From positions 1 through 45,771 of the IMG/VR virus record IMGVR_UViG_3300022917_000003: a DNA stretch of 45,771 nucleotides, one strand, 5' to 3'. Below are positions 25,451 through 34,800 of this stretch, in pieces. The first letter of the stretch is position 1; each line of letters starts with the position of its first letter. The position numbers and the translations under genes were made by a program. Origin of the DNA: a virus. Taxonomy: Duplodnaviria; Caudoviricetes. The notes beneath the pieces are model-generated. The model saw only the letters and a list, made by a program, of their open reading frames with translations, did no database searches and was not told the DNA's origin.

Positions 25451-26661
25451 TGAGCACTCTGAAAAAAGGAGCTGGGGTTAACGTCTACCAAGCGGCGCAA
25501 AGCCGGGTTGAGTATGCGTTTGACAATTTCGAGAAAGTCTATGTATCTTTTTCCGGGGGGAAAGATTCCTCTGTAATGTTCCATCTGGTGGCTGCCGAAG
25601 CGATCAAGCGCAAAAGGAAAATTGGAATTCTCATTATCGACCTTGAAGCGCAATACACGCTCACGATTAAACATATCATGGATATGATCGTGGTTTATGC
25701 GGACATCGTGGACATGCATTGGGTTTGTCTTCCGATGCTCCTCCGCAATGCCGTCAGCAATTATGAGCCTAGGTGGTGTTGCTGGGAAGAAGAGAAAAAG
25801 GGGGCGTGGGTGCGAGATAAACCTGTTTGGGCTAGACCGGCAAGCACCTATCCGTTTTTTGAAGACAAGATGGAGTTTGAGGAGTTTATGGTACTTTGGG
25901 GAGTGTGGTATTCAGAAGGAAAATCAACTGCGGCTTGTGTGGGGATTCGTTGCGATGAGAGTCTAAACCGTTTTCGCACCATTGCTTCTAAGACAAAAGA
26001 AATGCACGGTGAAGCCCGGTTCACCACTAAAGTGACGGATAACCTCTTCAACTTGTATCCCATTTACGATTGGAAAACGGCAGACGTTTGGACGTACCAC
26101 GCCAAGCATCCAGATAAAGCGCATAACGCTATTTATGACCGGATGCAGATGGCAGGAGTGCCATTGAGCAAGATGAGGCTTTGCCAGCCGTACGGGGATG
26201 ACCAGAGGCGTGGGTTGTGGCTCTTTCACCTGCTGGAGCCTGAGACATGGTTCAAAGTGGTTGCTCGCGTCAATGGGGCCAATAGCGGTGCCCTGTACAT
26301 CGAAGAAACGGGGAACATGACCGGGTATAACAAGATCACCAAGCCACCAGGGCACACTTGGAAATCATTTTGCAACCTCCTGTTGAAATCGCTTCCGGCG
26401 AAAACACGGGAACACTACATCGAACGGTTCCGCTCTTTCATTGGTGGATGGCGCGGGCGCGGGTATGACCAGATTCCCGAAGAAGCACCAAGGGTTCTCG
26501 AGAATAAGCATTGGGCACCATCCTGGCGTCGGCTGTGCAAGGTGTTGCTCCGTAACGACCATTGGTGTAAAGGTCTAGGGCTTACCCAGCCCAAGAGCGC
26601 CGCCTATGAGCGTTACATGGATTTGAAGAAAAACGGCAGCTTAGCAAAATCCGAAGAATGA
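25450..26661 (+). CDS. ibrA: IbrA-like PAPS-reductase/PP-loop family protein (DUF3440)
   Basis: VSFSGGKDS, IDLEAQY, GIRCDESLNR, YPIYDW, MRLCQPYG, PSWRRLC. Confidence 0.88.
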   Translation: MSTLKKGAGVNVYQAAQSRVEYAFDNFEKVYVSFSGGKDSSVMFHLVAAEAIKRKRKIGILIIDLEAQYTLTIKHIMDMIVVYADIVDMHWVCLPMLLRNAVSNYEPRWCCWEEEKKGAWVRDKPVWARPASTYPFFEDKMEFEEFMVLWGVWYSEGKSTAACVGIRCDESLNRFRTIASKTKEMHGEARFTTKVTDNLFNLYPIYDWKTADVWTYHAKHPDKAHNAIYDRMQMAGVPLSKMRLCQPYGDDQRRGLWLFHLLEPETWFKVVARVNGANSGALYIEETGNMTGYNKITKPPGHTWKSFCNLLLKSLPAKTREHYIERFRSFIGGWRGRGYDQIPEEAPRVLENKHWAPSWRRLCKVLLRNDHWCKGLGLTQPKSAAYERYMDLKKNGSLAKSEE

Positions 26662-26876
26662 AACTCACACCGCGCGAAAGAGCCGAAGCACTTCTAGAAA
26701 TCCACGGAGGCGCTTGTTCGGTAGATGGGGACTCAGATCTTGTGGAGCCCTTCCGAGATATGGAGCGAGAAAGACTTGTGCGAATGTCACCTATTGGGTT
26801 TGGGCCGTTCAAAGGGTTCGATGTGCTCCGCAAAAACTACGTACCTGTGAGGGTGTCGAAAGAAAGCGAAATATGA
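26658..26876 (+). CDS. Hypothetical protein
   Basis: ATGA-coupled at both ends. Confidence 0.6.
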   Translation: MKLTPRERAEALLEIHGGACSVDGDSDLVEPFRDMERERLVRMSPIGFGPFKGFDVLRKNYVPVRVSKESEI

Positions 26877-27214
26877 AGCTCAAAATAATCCGTCCCAACC
26901 CTTTAGAAAAGGACATTGAAAAAGCTGTGTGCGATCATGCCAAACAACTTGGTTGCCTCTGCTACAAATTCACGTCCCCAAGCAAGCGGAGCGTCCCTGA
27001 CAGGCTCTTTATCCTCCCCGATGGCAAAGGGGTGTTCTTCATCGAATTCAAGCGCAGAGGGCAGAAGCCAACGGCGGGGCAGGAAATCGAAATTGCTAAA
27101 ATCCGCGCGAAGGGTGTTCGGGTGTACGTGGTGGACAATAAAGACGCAGGACGATGCGTCATTGCGGATATGATGCACAGAGCAAAGCAGACAAACAATT
27201 TAGACGAATACTGA
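26873..27214 (+). CDS. VRR-NUC domain nuclease (probable resolvase)
   Basis: LEKDIE, KFTSP..RSVPDRL, FFIEFK, Q...I..I...G..VYVVD; start ATG 26873. Confidence 0.88.
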   Translation: MKLKIIRPNPLEKDIEKAVCDHAKQLGCLCYKFTSPSKRSVPDRLFILPDGKGVFFIEFKRRGQKPTAGQEIEIAKIRAKGVRVYVVDNKDAGRCVIADMMHRAKQTNNLDEY

Positions 27215-27215
27215 T

Positions 27216-27422
27216 ATGAACTGGCTCACCAAACTCTTTGAGAAGCCCAAAAAGCAGGAACCGTTGACCAGCCAAGGCAGGACGGGACAAATATTCCATG
27301 TCTCTTGTTCTCAGTGTAACTCTTCCTGGTATGTGTTCGACCCTGAGACGGACCCCGTTTACCATTGCTGCTATTGCGGGATAACCTTTACGGGCCGCAC
27401 GAAAGTTCCAATCACACAATAA
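27216..27422 (+). CDS. Small Zn-ribbon protein
   Basis: CSQC...CCYC. Confidence 0.55.
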   Translation: MNWLTKLFEKPKKQEPLTSQGRTGQIFHVSCSQCNSSWYVFDPETDPVYHCCYCGITFTGRTKVPITQ

Positions 27423-27423
27423 T

Positions 27424-27618
27424 ATGCCAATAGACACCAAAGCAATTTTTGAAGAGGTAAGGAAAAACCATACCAAGCTAGCAAGCTGTAATCGGCACAG
27501 ATTCAAACGAATCGAGTTAATCAGATTCTCAAAATTTCAATGTGGATCATGTGGCGGAACCGTAGATAACATGGCACGTTTTTGGTATGAAATGGGGATC
27601 AAGCACGCGAGCCAATGA
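27424..27618 (+). CDS. Small Cys/His hypothetical protein
   Basis: SCNRH...CGSCGG. Confidence 0.6.
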   Translation: MPIDTKAIFEEVRKNHTKLASCNRHRFKRIELIRFSKFQCGSCGGTVDNMARFWYEMGIKHASQ

Positions 27619-28994
27619 TCTTCACCCCGGCAGAACCACAGCAGATAATTAAAGACCATTTGCTCACGACGCAAGATGCTCTCCTTTTCGTGGGGATGGG
27701 CATTGGCAAGAGCGCGGCATGTCTGGACACCCTCAATGAGCTATTCAGCACAGCGGCAGCCTTTGGGGCGCTTATCGTGGCTCCTTTGCGTGTCGCTAAC
27801 CTAACGTGGCCGATGGAGGTTAGGGGGTGGGACCAATTTAGCTGGATGCGAGTTGCCAATCTTCGCACAGAAGCGGGGCAGCGAGCTTTCTTAAATGGCA
27901 GAGCACATATCTACACGATCAATTATGAAGCTCTGAACACATTGGTTTCATTGGTTGACCGCAGGGGAGGCAAATTGCCTTATGACGTGGTTATTTTTGA
28001 CGAACTTACCCGCGCGAAGAATCCAAGCTCTAAGCGAATTAACCTGTATCGTCGAAAGGTGCCACGGGCTGAACGCCAATGGGGGCTCACCGGCACACCC
28101 GCTCCTAACAGCACCATGGACTTGTTTTCCCAAGTACGGCTTGTCGATAACGGGGAAAGGCTTGGAAGGAACTACGGCGAATTCCTGAGGACGTACTATT
28201 ATGCTCCGTCAATCCCTCATCGCCCTTGGGAGGCAAAAGCGTTTACCGCTGCTACGCTGGAAAACAAAATCGCGGACATTACCGTTACGCTGAAAAGTTC
28301 CGAATGGCTGGATATTCCCGATACCAGTTATGAGGATGTGGAAATTAATTTCACTCCCGAATTGCAGAAACGATACCATACCCTAGAGGAAGAATTGGTA
28401 TTGGAGTTGAGCAAAGAGAAAATTCTCAATGTCGCTAATGCGGCGGCACTCGTCACCAAGCTTTTGCAGTTCACGAGCGGGCATGTCTATGATGAGGAAC
28501 GCGGGGTGCACCATGTTCACCATTTGAAGTTTGATGCTCTTAAGAAAATTGCCAAAGAAGAAAAACAGCCTCTTTTCGTGGCATCGATTTTCAAACACGA
28601 GCAAGACCGTATTCGTCAACTTTTCCCGCAAGCCAAATTCTTTGGGGATGCCAAGAATGAGCGGACCCAGGAAGCTCTCTTGAACGAATGGAACGCGGGT
28701 AAAATCCCCATGCTCGTCTCCCACCCCGCGAGCGTGGGCCACGGGCTCAACTTCCAGCATGGAGGCTCTGTGATCGTCTGGATGACTCTTACCTACTCGC
28801 GGGAGTACTATGAGCAGATGATTGCCCGTCTCGCGCGGCGGGGGCAAAAAAACGTCACCAAGGTGTATCGACTAATTGTGCCGGGCACTGTAGACGACGC
28901 CGTAGCCGAAGCTCTGGCGAATAAAGCAGAGAACGAAGCACGCTTGATTTCCGCACTGCAAATGTTAGAGAGCTACCGAAACCAAAAACACTAA
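27615..28994 (+). CDS. SNF2-family (SF2) helicase
   Basis: MGIGKS, VIFDELT, LTGTP, GHGLNFQ, QMIARLARRGQ. Confidence 0.92.
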   Translation: MIFTPAEPQQIIKDHLLTTQDALLFVGMGIGKSAACLDTLNELFSTAAAFGALIVAPLRVANLTWPMEVRGWDQFSWMRVANLRTEAGQRAFLNGRAHIYTINYEALNTLVSLVDRRGGKLPYDVVIFDELTRAKNPSSKRINLYRRKVPRAERQWGLTGTPAPNSTMDLFSQVRLVDNGERLGRNYGEFLRTYYYAPSIPHRPWEAKAFTAATLENKIADITVTLKSSEWLDIPDTSYEDVEINFTPELQKRYHTLEEELVLELSKEKILNVANAAALVTKLLQFTSGHVYDEERGVHHVHHLKFDALKKIAKEEKQPLFVASIFKHEQDRIRQLFPQAKFFGDAKNERTQEALLNEWNAGKIPMLVSHPASVGHGLNFQHGGSVIVWMTLTYSREYYEQMIARLARRGQKNVTKVYRLIVPGTVDDAVAEALANKAENEARLISALQMLESYRNQKH

Positions 28995-28995
28995 A

Positions 28996-29214
28996 ATGAC
29001 ATACACCGACATTGAACTACTTAACTTAGCAGTTAATCGCCTACGTGAAACCACTGAAAAACTGCTCACGATTGCCCAATGCCCTACCTATTCTAATGAG
29101 AACACACCTGAACTGAAAGAGCTAAACGAAGAAATGATAGAAAGGTTTAGAAACTGCATGATTCTTAAAGCAGTATTTCAAACTATAACTAAAGGCAAAA
29201 GCATCGGACAATGA
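28996..29214 (+). CDS. Hypothetical protein
   Basis: ORF in operon. Confidence 0.5.
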   Translation: MTYTDIELLNLAVNRLRETTEKLLTIAQCPTYSNENTPELKELNEEMIERFRNCMILKAVFQTITKGKSIGQ

Positions 29215-29278
29215 ACATGTACGGCGTCGTTAATTGCCCGGTCAAGGCTGGGGAACGTAGAGCCTACATTTGGGAGAA

Positions 29279-29683
29279 ATGAAAAACCCACAGTCCCACC
29301 AGCCTTTTAGAGATAGGCTTCTTGCGCAAGCGGGTTTATTGGCATCCGCAGAGAAGGGGTTCTCCGCTGAGCTAATCAGCTTCATTTGGGAAAACAAGTG
29401 GGATAAGGGATTCGAGAAGCTGATGCGGACACGCTTCCTTATGGGAGCACTGCGCTATGAAACTCCTGAGGTTTGCCAACAAGCCAGGTTCAAAGGCCGT
29501 CCATGGAAAGTGGAAACGGAAGACATAATCAGGCGCATACGGAAGTTTCAAGAAACGGGTAATACAGAATTCCTTGTTGACGCTGCAAATCTTTGCATGG
29601 TGTGTTTCCAAACAACGGATCACCCTAAGAAGCATTTTGACGCTCTCGATAGAACCGATACCAACTGGCAGGAGGTAAGATGA
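29279..29683 (+). CDS. Hypothetical helical protein (GNTEFLVDAAN motif)
   Basis: Likely start ATG 29279; function not assignable. Confidence 0.6.
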   Translation: MKNPQSHQPFRDRLLAQAGLLASAEKGFSAELISFIWENKWDKGFEKLMRTRFLMGALRYETPEVCQQARFKGRPWKVETEDIIRRIRKFQETGNTEFLVDAANLCMVCFQTTDHPKKHFDALDRTDTNWQEVR

Positions 29684-30030
29684 CTAGTCGTAAAGGAATA
29701 AAGGCACGGGTGCGAAGGCACAACCCCGATGGACCGTTAAAACCGTCTCAATGGCTTATCCGCAACCCTGCCTTTGTTGACACTCCGCGAGAATGGTCCT
29801 GGGGAACGTCAAAGGATACCGCTACCATCTTTGATATTTGCGAAGCGGAGCTGGCTATCTCCTCACAAGGGGGTTGGCCCGTAGTCATTGAGGACACCAC
29901 CAAAGAACCGGAGAGGATAGGCACGGTAAGAGCCGACACCGCTAGAAGGGCGGCGGGGAAATCCCAAGGCAGGCTATCTAACGCTGAGCGTGTTGCGATC
30001 GCACGCGACTCAAGGAGAAAGCTAACCTAG
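29680..30030 (+). CDS. Hypothetical protein, last gene of the early arm
   Basis: ATGA-coupled ORF. Confidence 0.55.
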   Translation: MTSRKGIKARVRRHNPDGPLKPSQWLIRNPAFVDTPREWSWGTSKDTATIFDICEAELAISSQGGWPVVIEDTTKEPERIGTVRADTARRAAGKSQGRLSNAERVAIARDSRRKLT

Positions 30031-30096
30031 GTCAAAAAGCAAGAAACCCCTCCCCGCTGACACAGGGAGAGGCTGTACTACCCGTCATAAAAAAAT

Positions 30097-30411
30097 CTAT
30101 GGCTCCCGTTGCACACGCGGAACAACCGCCGGCGCAATGATAGCTGTGCCAGCCCCAACGGCCGGGTTGCCGAACCCAATGGCACCGGCGACCACTTGAC
30201 CAGCCATTGCGTTACCCCCGCGCCAGTGCGCCCGCACAACCCCGGAATGCTTCATACCTGTAGCGGAGAAATGGAAAGAACTGTCCTTCAGATCAACCGT
30301 CTCATAATCCCCCCAGAAGCGCGCAATACCGCGAGGGGTCGGAATGGTTGTGCAGCCTACGAAACAGGCTAGGCTGATCAGCGACAGCAGAGGCAAAAGA
30401 ATTAGTTTCAT
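30097..30411 (-). CDS. Lipoprotein, possible (unimolecular) spanin
   Basis: Signal peptide with FVGC lipobox plus hydrophobic C-terminal segment; follows the holin-like gene. Confidence 0.5.
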   Translation of the reverse strand: MKLILLPLLSLISLACFVGCTTIPTPRGIARFWGDYETVDLKDSSFHFSATGMKHSGVVRAHWRGGNAMAGQVVAGAIGFGNPAVGAGTAIIAPAVVPRVQREP

Positions 30412-30905
30412 GGGGTGCCGATGGTCTTGTGTTCAATGTCTTCCGTCTTGGTCGTTGTGACCCGTGAAATCTTTTCCTCTACATGCCTTTCAATCCCATC
30501 GGCAATATCTCCGGCGCGACCGTAAAACTTCTCTACCAATGGACGGGCAATGATGTAGGTGATTGTTCCCACAACAAACCCCGCAAGAAAGGCAACGGCA
30601 GGATCGAGCGAAAGCTCTTTCAATACCGGGTGAAACATGCTGGCAATCTTCGGCAACCCTGTTCCGCTGATAATCCCGAAGATCGAACGCGCCAGGACGG
30701 TCTTGCGAGCTTCGGGGTGGGGATTGAGCAGCATGGCGCACACTGACGCACACAACGCCCCCAGCAGAGGCAGAAGGAACCATTGCAGCGCATATTGCTG
30801 TGCAGGTGGAGCGTCAGCTAGAAGCAAGCCGGAAGCTACAGCAGAAATGGCAGCGTATCCAACTAAGGCAATGTGGGAAACAGCGGGGTGCATATGGGCA
30901 GTCAT
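30408..30905 (-). CDS. Holin-like multi-pass membrane protein
   Basis: About 4 hydrophobic segments and a charged C-tail; near the endolysin. Confidence 0.6.
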   Translation of the reverse strand: MTAHMHPAVSHIALVGYAAISAVASGLLLADAPPAQQYALQWFLLPLLGALCASVCAMLLNPHPEARKTVLARSIFGIISGTGLPKIASMFHPVLKELSLDPAVAFLAGFVVGTITYIIARPLVEKFYGRAGDIADGIERHVEEKISRVTTTKTEDIEHKTIGTP

Positions 30906-30952
30906 AACACAGTGGTGTTTATGTGCAATCGTTTTCGGGTAAGGGTTCGGCC

Positions 30953-31108
30953 TTACGACAATTCAGCAAAGGCTTTTCCAGCCCTTAAGATTCTCCCCTT
31001 GTCGGCTTTCGTAAGACGTGGGGAGTTGCCAAGTTTGCGCATGTAGATTCGTCGCGTCATTCGGGACATTGCGCGACTATCAATTCGGAGAATAGCTAGA
31101 TTGGACAT
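30953..31108 (-). CDS. Small basic protein (51 aa)
   Basis: Read by hand: MSNLAILRIDSRAMSRMTRRIY...; ATG immediately after the endolysin stop. Confidence 0.45.
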   Translation of the reverse strand: MSNLAILRIDSRAMSRMTRRIYMRKLGNSPRLTKADKGRILRAGKAFAELS

Positions 31109-31109
31109 G

Positions 31110-31793
31110 TTATTTGGTTTCCAAAAAGCTCATGAACTCGCGCATGCTGTCCCGGCTCAAATACGGGTAGACCGAATCGCTACCATGCCGAAGGAGAGGA
31201 CCGGCCCAAGCGATAGACACCCGGACAAGCCGCGCGTAATACTCGAATTCAAGGTCCATCCCATCCTCAGGCTTTTTCATTTCCGCAATGAACTTTTCCA
31301 CGGTGTCAATGCCACGCGCTTTAATGAACGCGCCCATGATGTCTTTCCCCTCTACGCTATCCAGCCAAGTGCTGTTATAGCTCACTTGGAAAATACCTGC
31401 TTCCTCCCCAACCTTATTGCTAATGGAAGTCTTGTTTGTTTTGTCTACACCCTCCTTAGGCTTCCAAGAGCTTTCCCGCCCGGCATGAACCCGCATAAGC
31501 TCAAGCATGGCCCCCGCACGGTGCAACAGACTTTCCCACATGTACACGGGGGTGTCGCTCATATCGTCGCCTTTGTGGGTGGCAAGCCGCGATTTGATAG
31601 CCGCATAAGCGTCAAGCGCAACGTGGTTCGGCGCGAAGATTTCAGGGCTATCTTTCAACGCTTTACGGCCCCAGGTCACAAGCTGATTGAGAAACGAAAT
31701 CGGGGGCCGTCCACGGTCATCAATCAGATGAAACGTAGCCGCATAAGGATAGAGCGGAGTAACAGCAGAAGCGGAAGAGGTTTTAGAAGCCAT
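31110..31793 (-). CDS. Putative endolysin, lysozyme/transglycosylase-like fold
   Basis: AGRESSW (candidate catalytic Glu) and AGIFQVS motifs; lysis position. Confidence 0.6.
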   Translation of the reverse strand: MASKTSSASAVTPLYPYAATFHLIDDRGRPPISFLNQLVTWGRKALKDSPEIFAPNHVALDAYAAIKSRLATHKGDDMSDTPVYMWESLLHRAGAMLELMRVHAGRESSWKPKEGVDKTNKTSISNKVGEEAGIFQVSYNSTWLDSVEGKDIMGAFIKARGIDTVEKFIAEMKKPEDGMDLEFEYYARLVRVSIAWAGPLLRHGSDSVYPYLSRDSMREFMSFLETK

Positions 31794-31816
31794 AATGTGT
31801 ATTTGTGAAATCGTTT

Positions 31817-34800
31817 TTAACGGACTCGGCGAGCGTAGATATAGCCAAACCCCGCCACACTACCAGCCGAAAAAGTGGCATTGCCAACAAGGTAAACGGT
31901 CGTTGTAGATGACACGTTAACCCTCTTAACCGGCACAGTGACGCTATCGAGAACGGATGATGTAGTTAGCTGTGCGCCAGAATAAACCGCTGAACCATCA
32001 TTGGGGACGGTTGCACTTGTTGTATTGATGCCTCCGATTTTCTGAGTGACCGTTGCAGCAGAAGGCGAATAGCTCACTAAACCGCTCACGTCCCAATCAC
32101 CAGCGGTTAGCGAAATGCTTGTTATGTTAGCCGTGGTAGCCGTAGTGAGCGCAACGGGTGAAGCTATGGTGATAAATGAGCTAACCACTTGCCCCACATT
32201 TCCAGAAGGTGCATTATCTGCTGCCGTAGTGCCGACAAGTCCATTTGTCACCGTCAATGCTCCTGCAATGATAGAGTCGCCTGTTACAGTAATTCCAGCA
32301 GGGACATTCAGAGAACCAGACACCTGCAAATTACCATCATACCCAACTTGGAAAATTGGAGTGGAGTTAACCTGCAAATCAAGCAAGTAACCGGTGAACC
32401 CGACTGCCGCGTTAACCCCAATACCCGTTCCATCTGTGCTCCAATTGGTAGACGCTGCCCCACTACCCTCCACCAATAAATGAGGTTTGGTAGTCGTGCT
32501 GGTGCCGCCGGTGAACCAAGTACCGGAGAGCTTAACAGCGGGAGTGCTAGCAGTCCCCGCAACGCTCATTACCTGAGCACCAGTAAAAGTATTTGCGATG
32601 GTGCCCGCACCTGTCAACGTCCCACCGCTAAAGCTCAAATTCCCCCCAATGGTTACACTCGTCCATGTGTTAGCCGCCGAACGATAGTAGATGTTATTCG
32701 TCCCGCTCAGTGCCGCCAGAGCGGTCAAGTCAGCGTCAAGAGGTTGCTTGCCATCAATCTGAGCCTGCAATGTGTCCTGCACGCTCGCAAGCTGTCCTAG
32801 CGAGGCGTATGTTGCTGACAAGTCGGGAATGTCTGTAGCAGCAAGAATACGGAACGTGGGTGCCGCCGCACTACCACTAACCGGACCAATTAAAACTGCT
32901 TTGGTGACTTGGTTTGCAAGTGCCGCCGTTAACGTCCCTGTACTGGTAATAGGTGAACCCGTCACATTGAACATAGCAGGGAGTGAAAGGGCAACGCTGG
33001 TGACTGTTCCGGCTGTATTTGCGCTGAGCGTTCCAGCGGAAAAGGTTAATCCTGTCCCCACCGTAATGCTTGTCCATGTATTTGCGGCGGAACGGTAATA
33101 AATATTGTTCGTCCCAGAGAGTGCGGCTAAAGCGGTCAAGTCCCCATCAAGGGGCTGATAACCCGCTGTAGCCGCCGCTGTGGTCAAATACGTTGCGGAA
33201 ATATCAGGAACATCAGCAGCAACCAATACGCGGAATGTGGGCGCGGCGGCGCTACCTGTATTTGGACCAGCAAAAACCAAGTTAGCCGATTGGGTGGCAA
33301 GGGTTACAGCTAACGTGCCGCTAGAAGTAATCGGGGAACCCGTGACGCTGAAAATAGCGGGCAAAGACAAAGCCACGCTAGACACAGAACCGGAGCCGGA
33401 AAGGGTTCCACCGCTAAAACTCAAATTGGTTCCCACCGTCACACTTGTCCACGTATTAGCAGCCGAACGGTAATAGATGTTATTCGTTCCTGTAAGCCCC
33501 GCCAATGCCGTTAAATCAGCGTCAAGAGGCTGATAGGTAGTAGCCGCGTCCGAAGCGGACAAATAGACGGCAGACAAATCGGGAATATCCCCAGCAACCA
33601 ACGCGCGGAACGTGGGTGTAGCTGCACTGCCAGTTGTCGGACCTGCCCACACGCGATTCGCTGTCTGGGTAGCGAGGGTAATGGCAATATCCCCAGATGT
33701 GATAATTGGTGAATTGCCTACAGCGAAGATGCTAGGGGCGGTCAATCCCACACTGGTGACTGTTCCTGTGCCAGTTGCGGAAAGGATGCCACCCGAAAAG
33801 CTGACTCCGCTACCAATGGCGACCGTTGTCCACGTGTTTGCGGCTGAACGATAATAGATATTATTCGTGCCACCCAACGCAGCGAGGGCGGTTAAATCCG
33901 CGTCAAGAGGCTGATAGGTAGTCGCTGCTGTAGCTGCCGTCAAATAGGTTGCGGAAACATCGGGGATGTCCGTCGCAACCAATGCGCGAAATGTCGGGGT
34001 TGCCGCACTCCCGCTTGTTGGTCCTGCCAGGATTGCGTGTGCGCTTTGGTCTGCAAGACTAATCGCCAGCGCTCCGCTAGAGGTAATCGGGGAGCCTGTC
34101 ACAGAAAGAATAGACGGCACAGTAAGAGCAACACTCGTCACCGTACCGCTATTGGTGGCTGACAGGCTCCCTCCCGAAAAGCCTAGTCCGCTACCAATTG
34201 TTACCGCTGTCCATGTGTTAGCGGCTGAGCGGTAATAGATCGTATTCGTGCCCGACAAAGCTGAAATAGCTGTCAAGTCACCATCCAAAGGCTGATAGCC
34301 TGACGCTGCCGCCGAGACAGTCAAATATGTTGCTGACAAGTCCGCAATGCGGGCTGCCGCGAGCGTTCCTGTTACACTTCCAAAACCATTTAGCGCAAGG
34401 GTCCCGTCCTTTAACTGAACATTAGCAGAAATGTTTCCATCGGGGATGGTGGCAGGTAAATTAGCTGTCGGGAGCGTACCCGAAATGGAGCCGAACCCGG
34501 CGAGAGCTAGCGTTCCATTTTTCAATTGCACGTTTGCGCTCAACCGCGCATCCGCGAGCGTGCCTGTAATGCTGCCAAAGGTGCCAAGGGCCAACGTCCC
34601 TGTAGTTAGCTGGACAGTGCCAGAAAGGTTGGAATTTGGGAGGGTGCCAGTGATAGAGCCAAACCCCGCAAGCGCCAGCGTGCCTGTAAGAGATTGCTTG
34701 GCATTTAGCGCGCTCTGCAAATCAGTTTGGCTGCTCAGTGTGCCAGTGATCCCACCCCAGGAAATTCCACCGCTCGGCGAGAGCATTACCACCTTTGACC

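Noticed and set aside
30046-30075. Terminator at the convergence of the two arms
   Set aside because: Only a weak bulged stem (CCTCCCC/GGGAGAGG) without a clear adjacent U-tract; too weak to call
32600-34330. Diversity-generating retroelement TR/VR pair
   Set aside because: Repeats are in-frame protein repeats with synonymous divergence, not A-specific, and no reverse transcriptase is present
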